From Bugula neritina (taxonomy: Eukaryota > Animalia > Bryozoa), in the NCBI GenBank assembly GCA_964035545.1, contig OZ037767.1, positions 3,674,707-3,738,706 on the forward strand: 64,000 nt of DNA, in the 5' to 3' direction. The notes below the pieces were generated by a model. It made no database searches. It was not told where the DNA came from and was given only the letters and a program-made list of their open reading frames with translations. A program made the translations under genes and the position numbers. This document shows, piece after piece, positions 50,401 through 63,338 of this stretch (the first letter of the stretch is position 1; each line of letters opens with the position of its first letter).

Positions 50401-51915
50401 ACTAACATGAGCTCGGCGTTTGCTAAAATATGAAGTAGACGTTTTGCCTCCTTAGAAAATGCGTCATATAGAATAGCTAATAAGCAAAAAACTGCTATAT
50501 TATTGTTTTCATTGTGATGATTGCGGCTAGCCATTAACTAAATTCCTGATAAGGTAGACAAGATGTGTATCTCATACATAAAACCCAGCAAGCAAAAACT
50601 AGAAATATAATTAACCACAGGTATAGATGGGTGTCTAGAATTGGTATTTCAATAGGCCTGCTGCAGGTTTCTTGTAACTAAAAATTTACCGCTTTGAATT
50701 TCTGTATTAATATAAAGAACTTAATATGTCAAAGGCAATCACAATGCAAGCCAAAACCAAGTTAATTTGAAAAAGCTTTCTTTTACTTTGTATTTCTAAA
50801 TGCTTGCATATAACAATTTGATGTTTTTAAGGCCAACCCTTGAACTGGCACCTATAATTCTTTATATGTTATAATGCTTTGTGTAAAAAAACTTCTGAAA
50901 TGTTATCAAAGTATTACAGATAATTACCATTCGGTTTTTCAGGATTCAAATTTTTTTTTTTATCATAATGCGATATAATCAATGAAGTAATGTTATTGAT
51001 AATATTATTCTACTTTTACTGTCGTATATACTATACAATATACATATCTATATACTTTGATGTACACTAAAAGTTTATCAATCAAGTTGAGCAACAGATT
51101 TTTATACTTTCATATAGACATGTACCATATTTCAAATTTAACAAAATGAAGTGGTTTAAAAGCATATAATTATGATAGTAATAATATCACGTTATGAAAG
51201 TATACTACATTTCTTCTTTATACTGCAGTCGCAAAGTTGTTTATTAGTGTAACTAAATAACTATATAGCTTTTGTGTACCGCACATAGCTAGTCTTTCTA
51301 GCATCTGCTATATGCTGATAATGTGGAGAGCATATGAAATACCCCCCTCCACCCACCCCCCACATTTGTATTTTATGAAACATGATAACATTTTATTAAA
51401 GGTTATGCAGAGTTCAGATTGTTTGATTGTAAATCTTTGTTCCCATAAACTTGCAGTTCTGCTGATTTAATTTATAAATAATAGCTATGCTGACATTGAA
51501 AAACTTTTTGTCAGCTTTTGTTGAAACTATATGCCAGTAGCTTTATTGTGGTCTATAATAACAGATGCAGGTGCATTTAAAATCTCAAACTTTCATTTAC
51601 ATAATTGTGTCCATACATTGGTATTGGAATAATATCTAAATTATAAAGTATATAACAGGATGCATTTTATCAGCACACCAAGTTTTGGTAGTAACATGTT
51701 GTTGGGTTTAAAAAACTCAACTTTTTGCTTTTTAAAGTATTATTTAAGGAATTAGTAGTCAAAAATTTAATTCAACAATTAAATTTGAATTTATTTTAGA
51801 ATTTTATTAAATTGAATTTCTTTCAACTTATAATTCAATTATGTAGGTTTGCTGCTAATTTTTTTTTCAATAAAATGCTTTGTAAAGCTTGATATTATTT
51901 CGTGAGTTTTAAATT

Positions 51916-52130
51916 AAAAAACTCACGCAAGTTTATAGTCGCTATCCCTGTGAAAACCCCCTCCCCCCCCCTCATCGAACGGGTTTTTGTTCAATATGGT
52001 TGAGGACTTGTTCAGATAAGACACAGGAGCAATTATGATTAGATGCTCTTCCTAGCATCACTAATGGACTTTGTCAGGGTTGGAACCCCCGACTTCGTGT
52101 TTACTAAGCCAACTCTCTAACCCCTAGACC
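51916..52130 (-). mobile_element. tRNA-derived SINE, family B copy 2
   Basis: Reverse complement ggtctaggggttagagagttggcttagtaaacacgaagtcgggggttccaaccc...; aligns with 27740-27950. Confidence 0.72.
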
Positions 52131-53521
52131 TTTGTGAGCTATATTTAGATCCGTTATATATATAAGATACTTTAGACAAACGTTGATACAAGTTTGATTT
52201 ATTTTAGATATTTTATTTGTTAAACATATTTCAGGTTTGCATGCAGCTATTAAAAATATATGAATGAAATCTCTGCTTCATGCATTAGAACAATATTGTA
52301 TAAAATGTTAGCAACCTTTTGCAATGAGGAACTTTTTAACTTGCATGGCATGCAGCTGTGCATGTATAGTATGTTTAAGGCTTTAAGGTTAGTTATAAGA
52401 AGAGTATGTTGGGCAGATTTAATCAAGGTTTGTTATTTTTATGTGGCTGAAATAATTGTAAGTTATAACATTCACAAATTTAATGAATCAAAGTGTAATG
52501 CAAAGCATAAGATAGTTATCCATACACCATGCGTGTCATCGAGTATAGGTGAAACAGTTTAATGCAGATGAACACTGCACTTGTAAATTTATGTAACCAA
52601 TTCTCACTGTTGGATATAGCTTCCTATACTATACTAGCAATATTTTGTTGCTGCCATGTTATTTATCATATAGATTTATCTTTTCTGGTTTTGAATCTAA
52701 GTCAAAAACTATGGTGTTCTGAGAAATCCTAAAAGAATAATAGACATTGGGCACTTTTTAAATGTACCTCTCAAAGCTTTTGAAAAGATTAAAATGTAAC
52801 TTTTGAACAACTGCATTCTATAAACAAAAACCAAACGCCAATATAGAAAGGATTTTCTTTCCATCAAATATTATTAGCTAATTTCTTGGTAAAATCAAGA
52901 ACAACATGATGTCAATGCATACTTTAGGTTTGTAATTTTTCAAAAGTAATTGAGCTTTCTGTAGTTGCAGCAAATCATTTTTGTGTTTATACATGTACAG
53001 TACGTGAGCAATTATTATGGCCATGCGAGGTTAAAAAGTATGGTCTGATCTAAATGTATGCTAAACTTGTGGGTAAACATTAGCAAAACTTGTTTTCCTC
53101 ACTTTGCATAGTCAGCTTTACTTGAAATACTTAATAATCAATTATCACACAGTGGTAAACCTAATAAATACATATTATAATAATATTCTCTCCCAATAAT
53201 ATATATAATTTTCAGTGGGAGTTCACTCCGCTTGCTTTCTAAGCATCTGATTAACTTGTCATATCAAACTTGTACAGTTTTAAGAAATGTTTGGCTTATT
53301 TATACTATGAAGGACCGAATGTGTCAGAGTATTATCAGCTTACATCTTTCATAAGTATTTCCTTTTCTTATAGTCTAGAATATCAGAATAGAAACTCATT
53401 TTTAAATCTGCTTAGAGAAAAATATCAATATTTACTCAGTTACGGAATGTCTATTTCTATTCTCAGGATACTGGTGCTATTTTTAGAATGTTGATTCTAA
53501 TTTTAGATCATCTGACCGGTC

Positions 53522-54580
53522 ATGGCCTCTCAAGACAAAATACTTTACTTCAACATCAGAGCTCGAGCAGAGCCTACGAGAATGATCTATGCCTTGGCAG
53601 GTGAACCTCTGACTGATGAGAGAGTAGCCGATATGGAGGAGTGGGCCAAGATAAAGAAAGGTATTCTCATTACACATGACCTTCTCATAAACTTAGTATA
53701 GATTTGTAGATTTATCATAGACTTATCATTGACTTAAGTAGACTTATCATAGACTGTAGATTTATTATAGACTTATCATAGAACAATGGATCTACCATAG
53801 ACTTGTCTCAGTACTTAGAACATAAAGACCATCATGGAACTATAGAAATTGACTATATAAGTATTTATACTCCCAACATAAAAACATTGTTTGACAAATG
53901 TTATTTCTTTTTTGAAAAATGTAGGAGAGCAAAAATTTATAGAAAAAATGTAATGATATAATATTATTTAATTAATATTTAGATCTTGACATAACATTAA
54001 AAGTTTTTATAAATATTATTTCTTTACATAGTTTTTATATTAATATGACCTCATTCCTTTAACCACCAATTCTCTAAAAATTCACAGGCTCACTTGAAAT
54101 CCTAAATGCTTGTCAATATTAAAGTAAAATAATGCAATCCGGACTGTTTATGCATTCCATCAGATTTCAATTCATCCCAGTTCCATAAAAGTTTCCTCAC
54201 CCTTAGTGTATCTACCAGCTGCTGCCACTGCCAGCCTCTGGTAATGAAGATAGCTATCGCAGCAATGAGTCACATCCTACAACGTCATACAAACATATTT
54301 TTTGCGACATATTTAGTATTTTTTGCAGTAGAATGCAATGAAAAATGTTTCCTATTAGGTTAATGTAAATAATCAACTGGGCTTAATACATGTTGATGTA
54401 ACACATTGTATTACGTAAATGGGCTGACCATGCCACATAAGAGTTGGTTCACCTGCAGTTCAATCACCTGTATGTGATATAGTTTTTACTCCCAAATATT
54501 CAGCAGGCAAAAAATTTAGCATTGATGAAATCTAGAGTAGTTTTTATTGAACATGCCAACATTTTGTTATATATATATAC

Positions 54581-54651
<71 letters not shown>

Positions 54652-56443
54652 ACTTGGTTTAAAATTTTACATAGCAGTATGTTATAGAATGATGAACTTA
54701 AGCCTTGGCATTCGCTTGTTTTATGGCAGCTATATCCTATGTGGAAAGCATTCTATTTCTTATCTAGACAGCTTTCTATACTTAATGTAGATTTTCATGC
54801 TGTAGAACTTATAACTATAAAACTTTTGCTTGAATCTAGTCCAGTCTATAAATTCAAAATAAGTTCTTACAATTAGTTTTATATTTTGTTTTAAAATTTA
54901 AATCACAAATATTTGCTCACATAAAAAATACTTGCTCCCATCAAAATCGAAATTATATTTTATGCAACAAATGTAACATATTATACATGATTTTATGTGA
55001 TGTTTTTAGATCAGCCATTATGCCAACTTCCCGTATTTACATGCAAGGAAGGAACCCTGGTTATGTCAAACACTATTGCAAGATATGCGGCTAAGAAGTT
55101 TGGTAGGAAATGAATACATGAATTTTAAAATGAAAACTGTTTTGGAAAATTTTGCAAAAAAATCTTTAGATAAACATTTTACATTATTTATAGTTGTGTT
55201 GGAATTAACCCCTTTTCTACAGGAGGGGATATAGCTACAAAAAAAACTCACATCATGCATGGGTTAATAGCATCCACCCATGTTAGAACCTCTGATGGAG
55301 AGAGTTTTTAAGTGGGCTAAGCATTTGCTTTCTATTGTGGTAAAAGAGTAATTATGACTAAACCTCTTTCTAACATTACCAATAGCTTTTGCTGGGATTC
55401 AAATTACTGACCTGTGTTTACTAAGCCACTAGAGTTTAGAGACTCTAGAGTCTAGACCATGGCTGCTCCCATTATAACTATAGATAACACTGCAAAAATA
55501 TGACTTGCATTTTAATTTATACATAACCTTAACTAATAATTTTTGACTTTAGGGCTGATGGGAAAAACCCTGTGGGAAGAAACTCTTAATGACTTGATAG
55601 TGGAATGCTGTGCTGAAACATTTGGCGTTATTGGAAAGAAGATCTTCCCCTGGAAAGTGTTCAAAGTTGCGCCAGCACCAGAGAATCCTGAGAAGGTTCT
55701 GGAAGATATCTACCAGGAGCTAGTTAAAACTTTAGCATATGTCCAGAGTGTAGCTGAGGCCCAGGGCACTAAACATCTAGTATGTAATGAGGTGAGGGTC
55801 GAGTCTCTCCGAGTATATTGGAGTTGTTTTATCTTCTTAGTTTATAGTCGGTGTTTGAACTTTAAACCATAACAGACATGTTTTATTTTGTCAGAAACAA
55901 ATATAACTGTCTATTACATAAGTTAGAAACTATTTAAACTACAACTATGCATTATCAACCAGAACTGTTACACTACCACTAAGCACCTAGCACTTTTTAT
56001 CAACAATGAAATTAATATATATGTTTATGCTAACAATGAAGTTATTAAATAGACATTAATAATTGACTAAAAATCAATGCTAGGTCATAACTACTGACAG
56101 TTTATTAAAATATAATTATTTTAGAGCTGTTGAAGTATATTATGATTGCACTTTAGTTTTTATATACTTATAAAATGTGTGTTTTCTTGAGTATTTAAAA
56201 TTACTCATAGCTCACACTCTAATGCGTTGCTATGCTACAATTAGTAATTTGTTTACCTGCATGTGGAAATACCTGCAGGTTACATTGGCTGATGTGTGGC
56301 TACTCTTTTCTCTACAACACGCAGAAGTTGCCTTTCCTCAGATAGTTTCTCTAAACCCTTGGGTTGAAGAATTCATGTCTTGTATCACATCTGATGAGAG
56401 AATTAAAGACTATTTGTCAAAAAGACCAAAGACCGTAGTTTAA
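53522..56443 (+). CDS. Cytosolic glutathione S-transferase, sigma-like, paralogue 2
   Basis: Exons 53522-53660, 55010-55102, 55553-55791, 56279-56443. MASQDKILYFNIRARAEPTR, PLCQLP, IARYAAKKFGLMG, VTLAD, IKDYLSKRP. Confidence 0.93.
53690..53805. repeat. Degenerate ~11-bp minisatellite (AGACTTATCAT)n
   Basis: Read directly in GST2 intron 1. Confidence 0.75.
54567..54648. repeat. (TA)n microsatellite
   Basis: Read directly. Confidence 0.95.
55350..55470 (-). mobile_element. tRNA-derived SINE, family B copy 3 (5' part)
   Basis: Shares attatgact.., gtgtttactaagcca and ctagacc with copy 2, and ctgctccc with the copy 1 head. Confidence 0.6.
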
Positions 56444-57739
56444 AGACATCATGTTTTCAGGGAAAGGAATATATATGACTAATTTTGCTAAACTGAAAAC
56501 CTATTTGAAAAACAGCATTTCAAGTCACTTGAGCACTGTGGCTAATATTTTGAATAAACTATATACAGTTTTCTTAAGGTTATTGTCAAAAATCAATTAT
56601 TTATGCATATGTTTTATTTATTATGTAATTTATATAATTATAAGCTTTCTTACTAAAAGGTGTTCCAATTATTAGAATAAATGTTGCAGCTGTAAAATCT
56701 ATGCGAAGATAAGCTGACTGGTAGAGCTCATAACTCAAAAAGCTGAGCCATGAGATGCCTTATATTATTTATATCATATACTCCATGTACATGTATAAAT
56801 CGTCAGTTAGTGTTCGCACGCTTTTCGCCATTGTTATAGGAGGTTTGAAGTTTGCCGAGTACGCAGTGAAAACATGCTCAACATAAAATGGAACAATAAC
56901 TCGCAATGTGTTGTGAATACATTAAATTAAACTATGAGGGGTTAAATAATGCTTTTACATAATGTTTCTGTAGTAACCTATTGCAGGACATATATATTTG
57001 TTCAATTCTAAGGGCTCTTTCGGATTCCCTACTCGTAGAGGTAACTGTAGGCCCTACCCAATGACCATTTGGTAACCATAACGCATAGGGCGAAATTATT
57101 CAAGCAATTACAGTAATTTACCTTTGACATTATTGAAAAGAAAAATGGATGATAAAACTGAAGTGCTAACATTTAAAACCAGTAAAAATCAATGTCATTG
57201 ATATTTCTATAAAAGTTCAGCATAATGATAATAGATGCACAAAATTGTTACATAATATTTTAATTCTTGCATTATTAAAAATCTTACTACCCTATCTGTT
57301 TGAATATTTATTATATATTAGGCTTTTATGTGGCTCTATAACATATTTTGTCACAGCTAGCATATAAGCGCTAGTGGCATCTTTTGAAAATCTGTATTAT
57401 GGTAGCAATATCATGTGTAGAATACAATTTAAAATGTAAATACCTTCATAAAAACTCTTGATTAAGCTTCCCAAGCTAGCATTTTGACGCCTAAATTACA
57501 AACCTCTATTTATTGGTTACTCAAGCAAAACTAAATTCAAATAGTATTACACGAGGACTGACTGGTACAGAGGAATATGTGACTACAACAATTTTGTAGA
57601 CACACATAAACACAGACACCACATATTATTTTTTTGTACAGAATAGTTCAAATTAGACATTTGCTTGCATTTCTTCAATAACAAACCATTTTATTTTATT
57701 CTTTTGCTTAAAAAACTCTGTGCTCATTAGAATTTAGCG

Positions 57740-59662
57740 ATGACTGACAAAATTTTATATTTCAACCTGAGAGCTCGGGCTGAGCCCACGAGGATCATTT
57801 ATGCTCTTGCTGGAAAACCTTTAGTAGATGAGAGAACAACTCTGGAAAAGTGGGGAACACTCAAAGCAGGTATGCTAGTATCCACTCGTATTTCTTGTTA
57901 AACTACTAATTAGTCTTTGATATATTACTGATATAGCTGTTGTAAACCAACTATTTGATTACTTTACCTTTTACACAAAGACGCAGTTTAGATTTAGATC
58001 CACTGAAATGTAACTAAGTCCTACTTTTTAGGGTGTAATAAGATGCCATATAGCTGCAATGACTTGAATAGATAACTGCCACCCTAGCAAAACATTTGTA
58101 GGTATATAGATACGGAGAATAATTTTTAGCAAACTATATAATTTTTAGATCAACCATTGGGACAACTCCCTGTGTTTACGTGCTCTGAAGGAACTCTGGT
58201 TATGTCTAACACCATTGCAAGATATGCAGCTAAGAAGTTTGGTAAGCTATAATGAATTATTCAATGATCTAAGAGGCAGCACTACATAAATTTACAAATA
58301 ATTATCAATCTTTCAGTTGTGGGCAATAGATGCTATTTTACTTAACCTGGCTTCAAATTTATTTTAGAGTCACAAAAACTTTAATTATTCAACATATATG
58401 TTCCCCAGGAAAGTCATTGCAACTACGATAACTTTGTTTTTAGAGTCAATAATAGCAAAATTCAAAAGCATTTTTCGACTAATTTTAAATGCTTTGAATG
58501 CTTAAAGCTTTTTCAACATTTACCTGCCAGGCCCTAATTTTCTCAGAATTGAAATAAAATTTAAATTAGCATCATTTTTAAACTAAGTTTACTTTGTGTC
58601 TGGCTATTTTAAAAATTTGCTGTGGTCAAAAGTTGTAATGAATAAATTAGATAGGCCTCTCTGGGGTGATAATACTATATATCACCCTTTTGAGATGATA
58701 GGTATCACCTTAATAGGCCTCTTTGAGGTGGTGAGTATCACCTTGATAGGCCTCTCTGAAATAATAATACAGTACCTTGAGTGGCCTCTCTGTGCTAATA
58801 GATATCACCTTAGTAGGCCTCTCTGTGCTATTAATAGGCATCACCTTAGTAGGCCTCTCTGTGCTATTAATAGGCATCACCTTGGTAAACATCTCTGCGC
58901 TATTATAATAGGTATGATGGGAGACAATTTGTGGGAAGAGGCACTGAATGATATGATAGTGGAAGCGTGCCAGGAGTCGTTTGAAAAGCTCAGCAGTAAA
59001 GTCTTGAGATGGAAAGTGATGAACATAGACCCAGAACCAGAGAATCCTAATGTAGTAACAGAGGAGGCCTACCAGGAGCTCCTTAAAACATTAGATTTTA
59101 TAAAGAAAGTAGCTGAAAAGAGAGCAAAAGCATTCCTAATTTGCAATGAGGTAATGACTTGTAACTAATCTAATAATTCTATTTGTATAATTATCTCTCA
59201 ACAGCTTTTTGTACAATCAATCCTTCTAAATAAGTTTGAAATTCAAAGTTCCAGTAGCCTATATCCATGCTTGACAGCTAAATATAAGTATTACATCCAA
59301 GGTTTCACAGTCACAGCTCAACAATGTATAGTCAAACTGTAAAGGAAGAACAACTTTTAATACTTTCTTTTTTTCCAGTTCAAACCTTTTCAAAAATTAC
59401 GATTTCCCTTTTTTATTTTATAATGATGAGTCAGAGAGACATAATAGCACAGGGCTCAGTACTCTAGTGTAAACTAGTTATAGTGTTTTATTTACAGATA
59501 TCTCTAGCTGATATAGTAGTTTTTGTGGCCCTCCAACATGCTGCTGTGGTTTACCCTGAAGTGATGTCAGAGAACAAATGGATAGAAGAATTTGTCACCA
59601 AAATGACTTCCGACGAGAGATTGAAAAAATACCTTGAGGAAAGAGAGGAGACTCCATTGTAA
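57740..59662 (+). CDS. Cytosolic glutathione S-transferase, sigma-like, paralogue 3
   Basis: Exons 57740-57869, 58149-58241, 58912-59150, 59498-59662. MTDKILYFNLRARAEPTR, PLGQLP, IARYAAKKFG, ISLAD, LKKYLEER. Confidence 0.93.
58650..58911. repeat. ~33-bp minisatellite abutting the 3' splice site of GST3 intron 2
   Basis: Units TAGGCCTCTCTGTGCTATTAATAGGCATCACCT. Confidence 0.85.
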
Positions 59663-61555
59663 AGCAAATAAAAACTCACGTAGAACAAATGGACTGGTTA
59701 ATTATACAACATTCAAATACTGGTGTATTCATGATAGTTTGAGAAATGATACTAATATACTGCAGGTTTCATCTTTGACTACCACTTCAATCGCCTGTTA
59801 TATTATGTTAATATTTAGAGTGTTACAACTATAACTGCATGTTGTGAAGATAACAGTACCTTTTAGCTGTTACAAGGTGTATTAAAATGAGTTTATTATA
59901 TTATTAGCATTTGCATAGTGAGAATCAAATTGCATTTAATAATAAAGTTTCATAATAACTTGAGCAAAATGACTTTTTCCATAATTATGGATTGGTAGTT
60001 TCTTTAAAAATAATAGAAATTATTAGCAGTGCATAACTGAAGTATTATTATATATATAAATCTATATTTTGTTTTAATTAAAAATAATATAGGCCAACTA
60101 AAGTTAATGGGTACAACCAGCTACAAAGTTCTATTTCAGAATCGGTATTCTGGGCTGAAAAAATTTATATAAAAAGCTCCAATGCATGTTCATAGTCTTT
60201 ATATACTTATAGGGGCAAGGGCTCTTAAGCCAGACTAAAGGCTGTGCTCTCATCATACTGGCACTGTACATGTTCGAGGCGCTTCTGCCTGCAGTAAAGT
60301 GCAATTATGGCCGATGCTCTTCTTGCCATTATTAATAGCCATGTTGAAATTCAAGCTAATGACTTTGAGCTACTAGTAGACCATTCTCATCACTAGACTC
60401 TATTCTAACAACTAGACATGGTTACTTCTAAAACTGCTGCCAAAAAACGTATAACTTTGTAAAACAAGCAAGCTTTCAGCATTATAAAAGGTTGAGTTAT
60501 TATCATATTCAGTAACAGTTTTTGAAAATGCTATACCATTCGCTTCAATGTTCGTGCTGTTATACCCTCTTCAGATACAACAAAAGCGCGTAAATGGACA
60601 GCTGGTACACGAGTTGTCGTCTCAATTTAGAAGTACAATTTATGCAAAAAGTACTCAGGAGCAGGTAACATTACATCAATGGCTGGTTTCATTTACTTTT
60701 TCTAATGATGACCGTACAAACGGGTCTATAAGTCAAGCCTTTTTTCAATTCTCTACATCTTTTATTATGCTTGTGCAACCAAAGTTTTGCTTTTTATTTA
60801 GATAGGTTCTAAAATACATATTACTATATTTAATCATTATAATGCTTTTAAAAGCAATGGTGAGCAAAGTTGTACCGGTTTACTAGTAGTTATGATTATT
60901 TTTTTAGTAAATAATAATATTATTAAATTTAATATTATCATTTTCATAGTGATAGTCATACTGACTGATAGTCATTGACATTATCATTGTAAATCATTGT
61001 CATTGGGATTGTGATTTATGCTGATTACGATTATCAGTATCATAAGCTAGTCCTAACCCCTATGGCTATTTGAGTATTTGTATTTGGTTTTGTTTAAATT
61101 TAATAAAACAGTCACTAAGAATGTAAATCAAAATGACTATCACTATGAGAATTAAAATGGAGCTTACTCTAAAGCTATTGACTTTGAGTGATTGTTATTA
61201 AGTATTATGATTATCTGTTGCCGTTGGTATTATCTATTGATCAATGCCATAACAAATGATTCCTTGATGCTTGAAGCTTTTTGCAATTAATGAATATGAT
61301 TATATTTTTATTTTCAAATCTTTACATCTTGTTTTCTTTTCATAAAAGTTAATGTTGTTAATAAAGTACGCTCTAGCAGAAATTGTTCATACTCTTTAGT
61401 CAAACTCACTAATTTCATGTTAAGTGTTCACAATTTGACTTGAGTGCTCATTCAATTATGGTAGTATCTAAAATCATCACCATGAAACATATACAAATGT
61501 TTTGAATAGTTGTTTAATTTTTATTTTATTCTATCTTCCTTTTGTAGTTTGAAAA

Positions 61556-63338
61556 ATGACTTACTGTGTTAGAAGACTATCTGCATTGTTACTTAATTTC
61601 AAGGCAAGCCAGTCTATCCCAGCATTGAGGTTGGTAAAGGAATTTAGTCATTATAGAATTCTACTCATCAAATGTAAATACTGAATTCCTGTATGAAATA
61701 TTTGATCAATAGTTTTATGAGGTTTACAGCATTGGCCATAATGTTCTAGAATTTTCCAGCCTGATCTAGAACTTCTAGCCCCACCCCTATCAATACTTAC
61801 TCAACAAGTAATTATGGCTATAGATGTGGTATTGGCTGGTAATTTTAGGCTAACTTTGTTGAAAAACATTGAAAACAATTGCTCATTGAAAATCAAAATA
61901 TCTGTGAAATTTTTCTTTGCTAGGTACTAAAAGTGTTATTTGGGTAACAGTGAAGACATAGAATATTAATTCTTACTATCGTGGTGATTTTAGGAAATAT
62001 AGCTCAGTGTCAGAAGATAAACTGCTCTACTTTGCTTTTCGAGGCAGAGGGGAACCTATTCGTATTGTATATGCTCTAGCACAAGTACCTCTAAATGATG
62101 AGCGAGTTCCCATTTCACTTGATCATTGGATGAATATAAAAAGAGGTGACTGTGTGTATTATTACACCTGTAAGACAAGGTTATGACAGTACATATTTTA
62201 GCAACGTAGAATACCCTGGATTAATGTTGTAGACCAGCCACTTGGCCAGCTTCCAGTGCTAACATGCTCAGAGGGGACTTTGGTACAGTCAAAGTCTATT
62301 GCAAGATATGCTGCTAAAAAGTTTGGTGAGATTAGAACGTTTCTCATTTACTAAAGTCCTAAAACAAGTTTCTAATAGACCATCAATTTGTTGTATAAAA
62401 TTAATAATGTATAAAATTGGTAATGTGTAAAATAGTAATGTATGAAATTACTAATGTATGACATTAGTAAATCTTTATTTAACTTTAAAAATTAATTTTT
62501 TTGCAAATAATTTTGAAAGCTTCCAAATTTTACTTAAGGCTTTATATTTTTTTTTGTATTTACACTTGTTCAGTGTTTATAAGTTGTAAATAATTCTTTT
62601 GAATCTCTAAACTGATTTAACATCTTATGTAGGGTTGGCTGGTAAGAGCATTTGGGAAGAGGCTTTGAATGACATGATAATAGAAACGTGCGACTGTAGT
62701 TTTGGAGAAATTGGTGCAAAAATTGTTCCTTGGAAATATCTTAAATCAGAGCCGAAGCCAGCAAATCACGAGCAGGTGTTGGCAGATGTTAAAGAGAAAA
62801 TCATACAGACAATTGAGTTTATTCAGAAAGGAGCTGAAAAAAGAGGAAAACGCTTTATTATTAGTGATGAAGTTAGTGTATAAAATTTTCATATAATCCC
62901 TAAATTACAACTATTGATTTCAACCACTGTGAAAAGATATATTACCAGACTAATAATTTGAAACATGTGATTTAACTAAGGGCAATAGTTTCAGCTAAAG
63001 TTAAACTAGGCTATTTTTAGTTTTTAGTTATAGATAAAGTCAGCAGTGCCTGACGTCATCTTGTGCCCTGTAGTACTTAGTTCAGCTACCAATTGTTCTC
63101 AATATATCAACATCCACGGTAGCTTGTTGAATGTGTTATACTTTGTTGTATACTTTACTTCTTGTAGATCTCTTTGGGGGATGTCATGTTTTATTCTTCA
63201 TTAGAGGTAGCTGCAGCTGTTTATCCTGATTTAATGAAATACAATTCATGGGTAGAAGACTTCGTATTAAACTTTATTTCTGACGATAGAATCAGTAAAT
63301 ATCTTGCTAGCAGACCACAATCTCAACTGCCTATATAA
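61556..63338 (+). CDS. Glutathione S-transferase, sigma-like, paralogue 4, with a putative N-terminal mitochondrial presequence exon
   Basis: Core exons 61994-62145, 62233-62325, 62633-62871, 63168-63338 (YFAFRGRGEPIR, PLGQLP, QSKSIARY, ISLGD). The first core exon has no ATG; upstream exon 61556-61629 joins in frame (phase 2). Confidence 0.88.
61743..61757. promoter_or_regulatory. Canonical three-unit heat-shock element (nTTCnnGAAnnTTCn)
   Basis: gTTCtaGAAttTTCc, followed by an imperfect TCtaGAAcTTC at 61765-61775. Confidence 0.45.

Noticed and set aside
53612-56400. Other CTGATGAG strings (near 53613 and 56391) as further hammerheads
   Set aside because: They lie in GST coding exons and lack stem II-GAAA, stem III and a cleavage triplet.
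58650-58911. CRISPR-like array of ~33-bp repeats
   Set aside because: Head-to-tail repeats without unique spacers, in a eukaryotic intron, with no cas genes.
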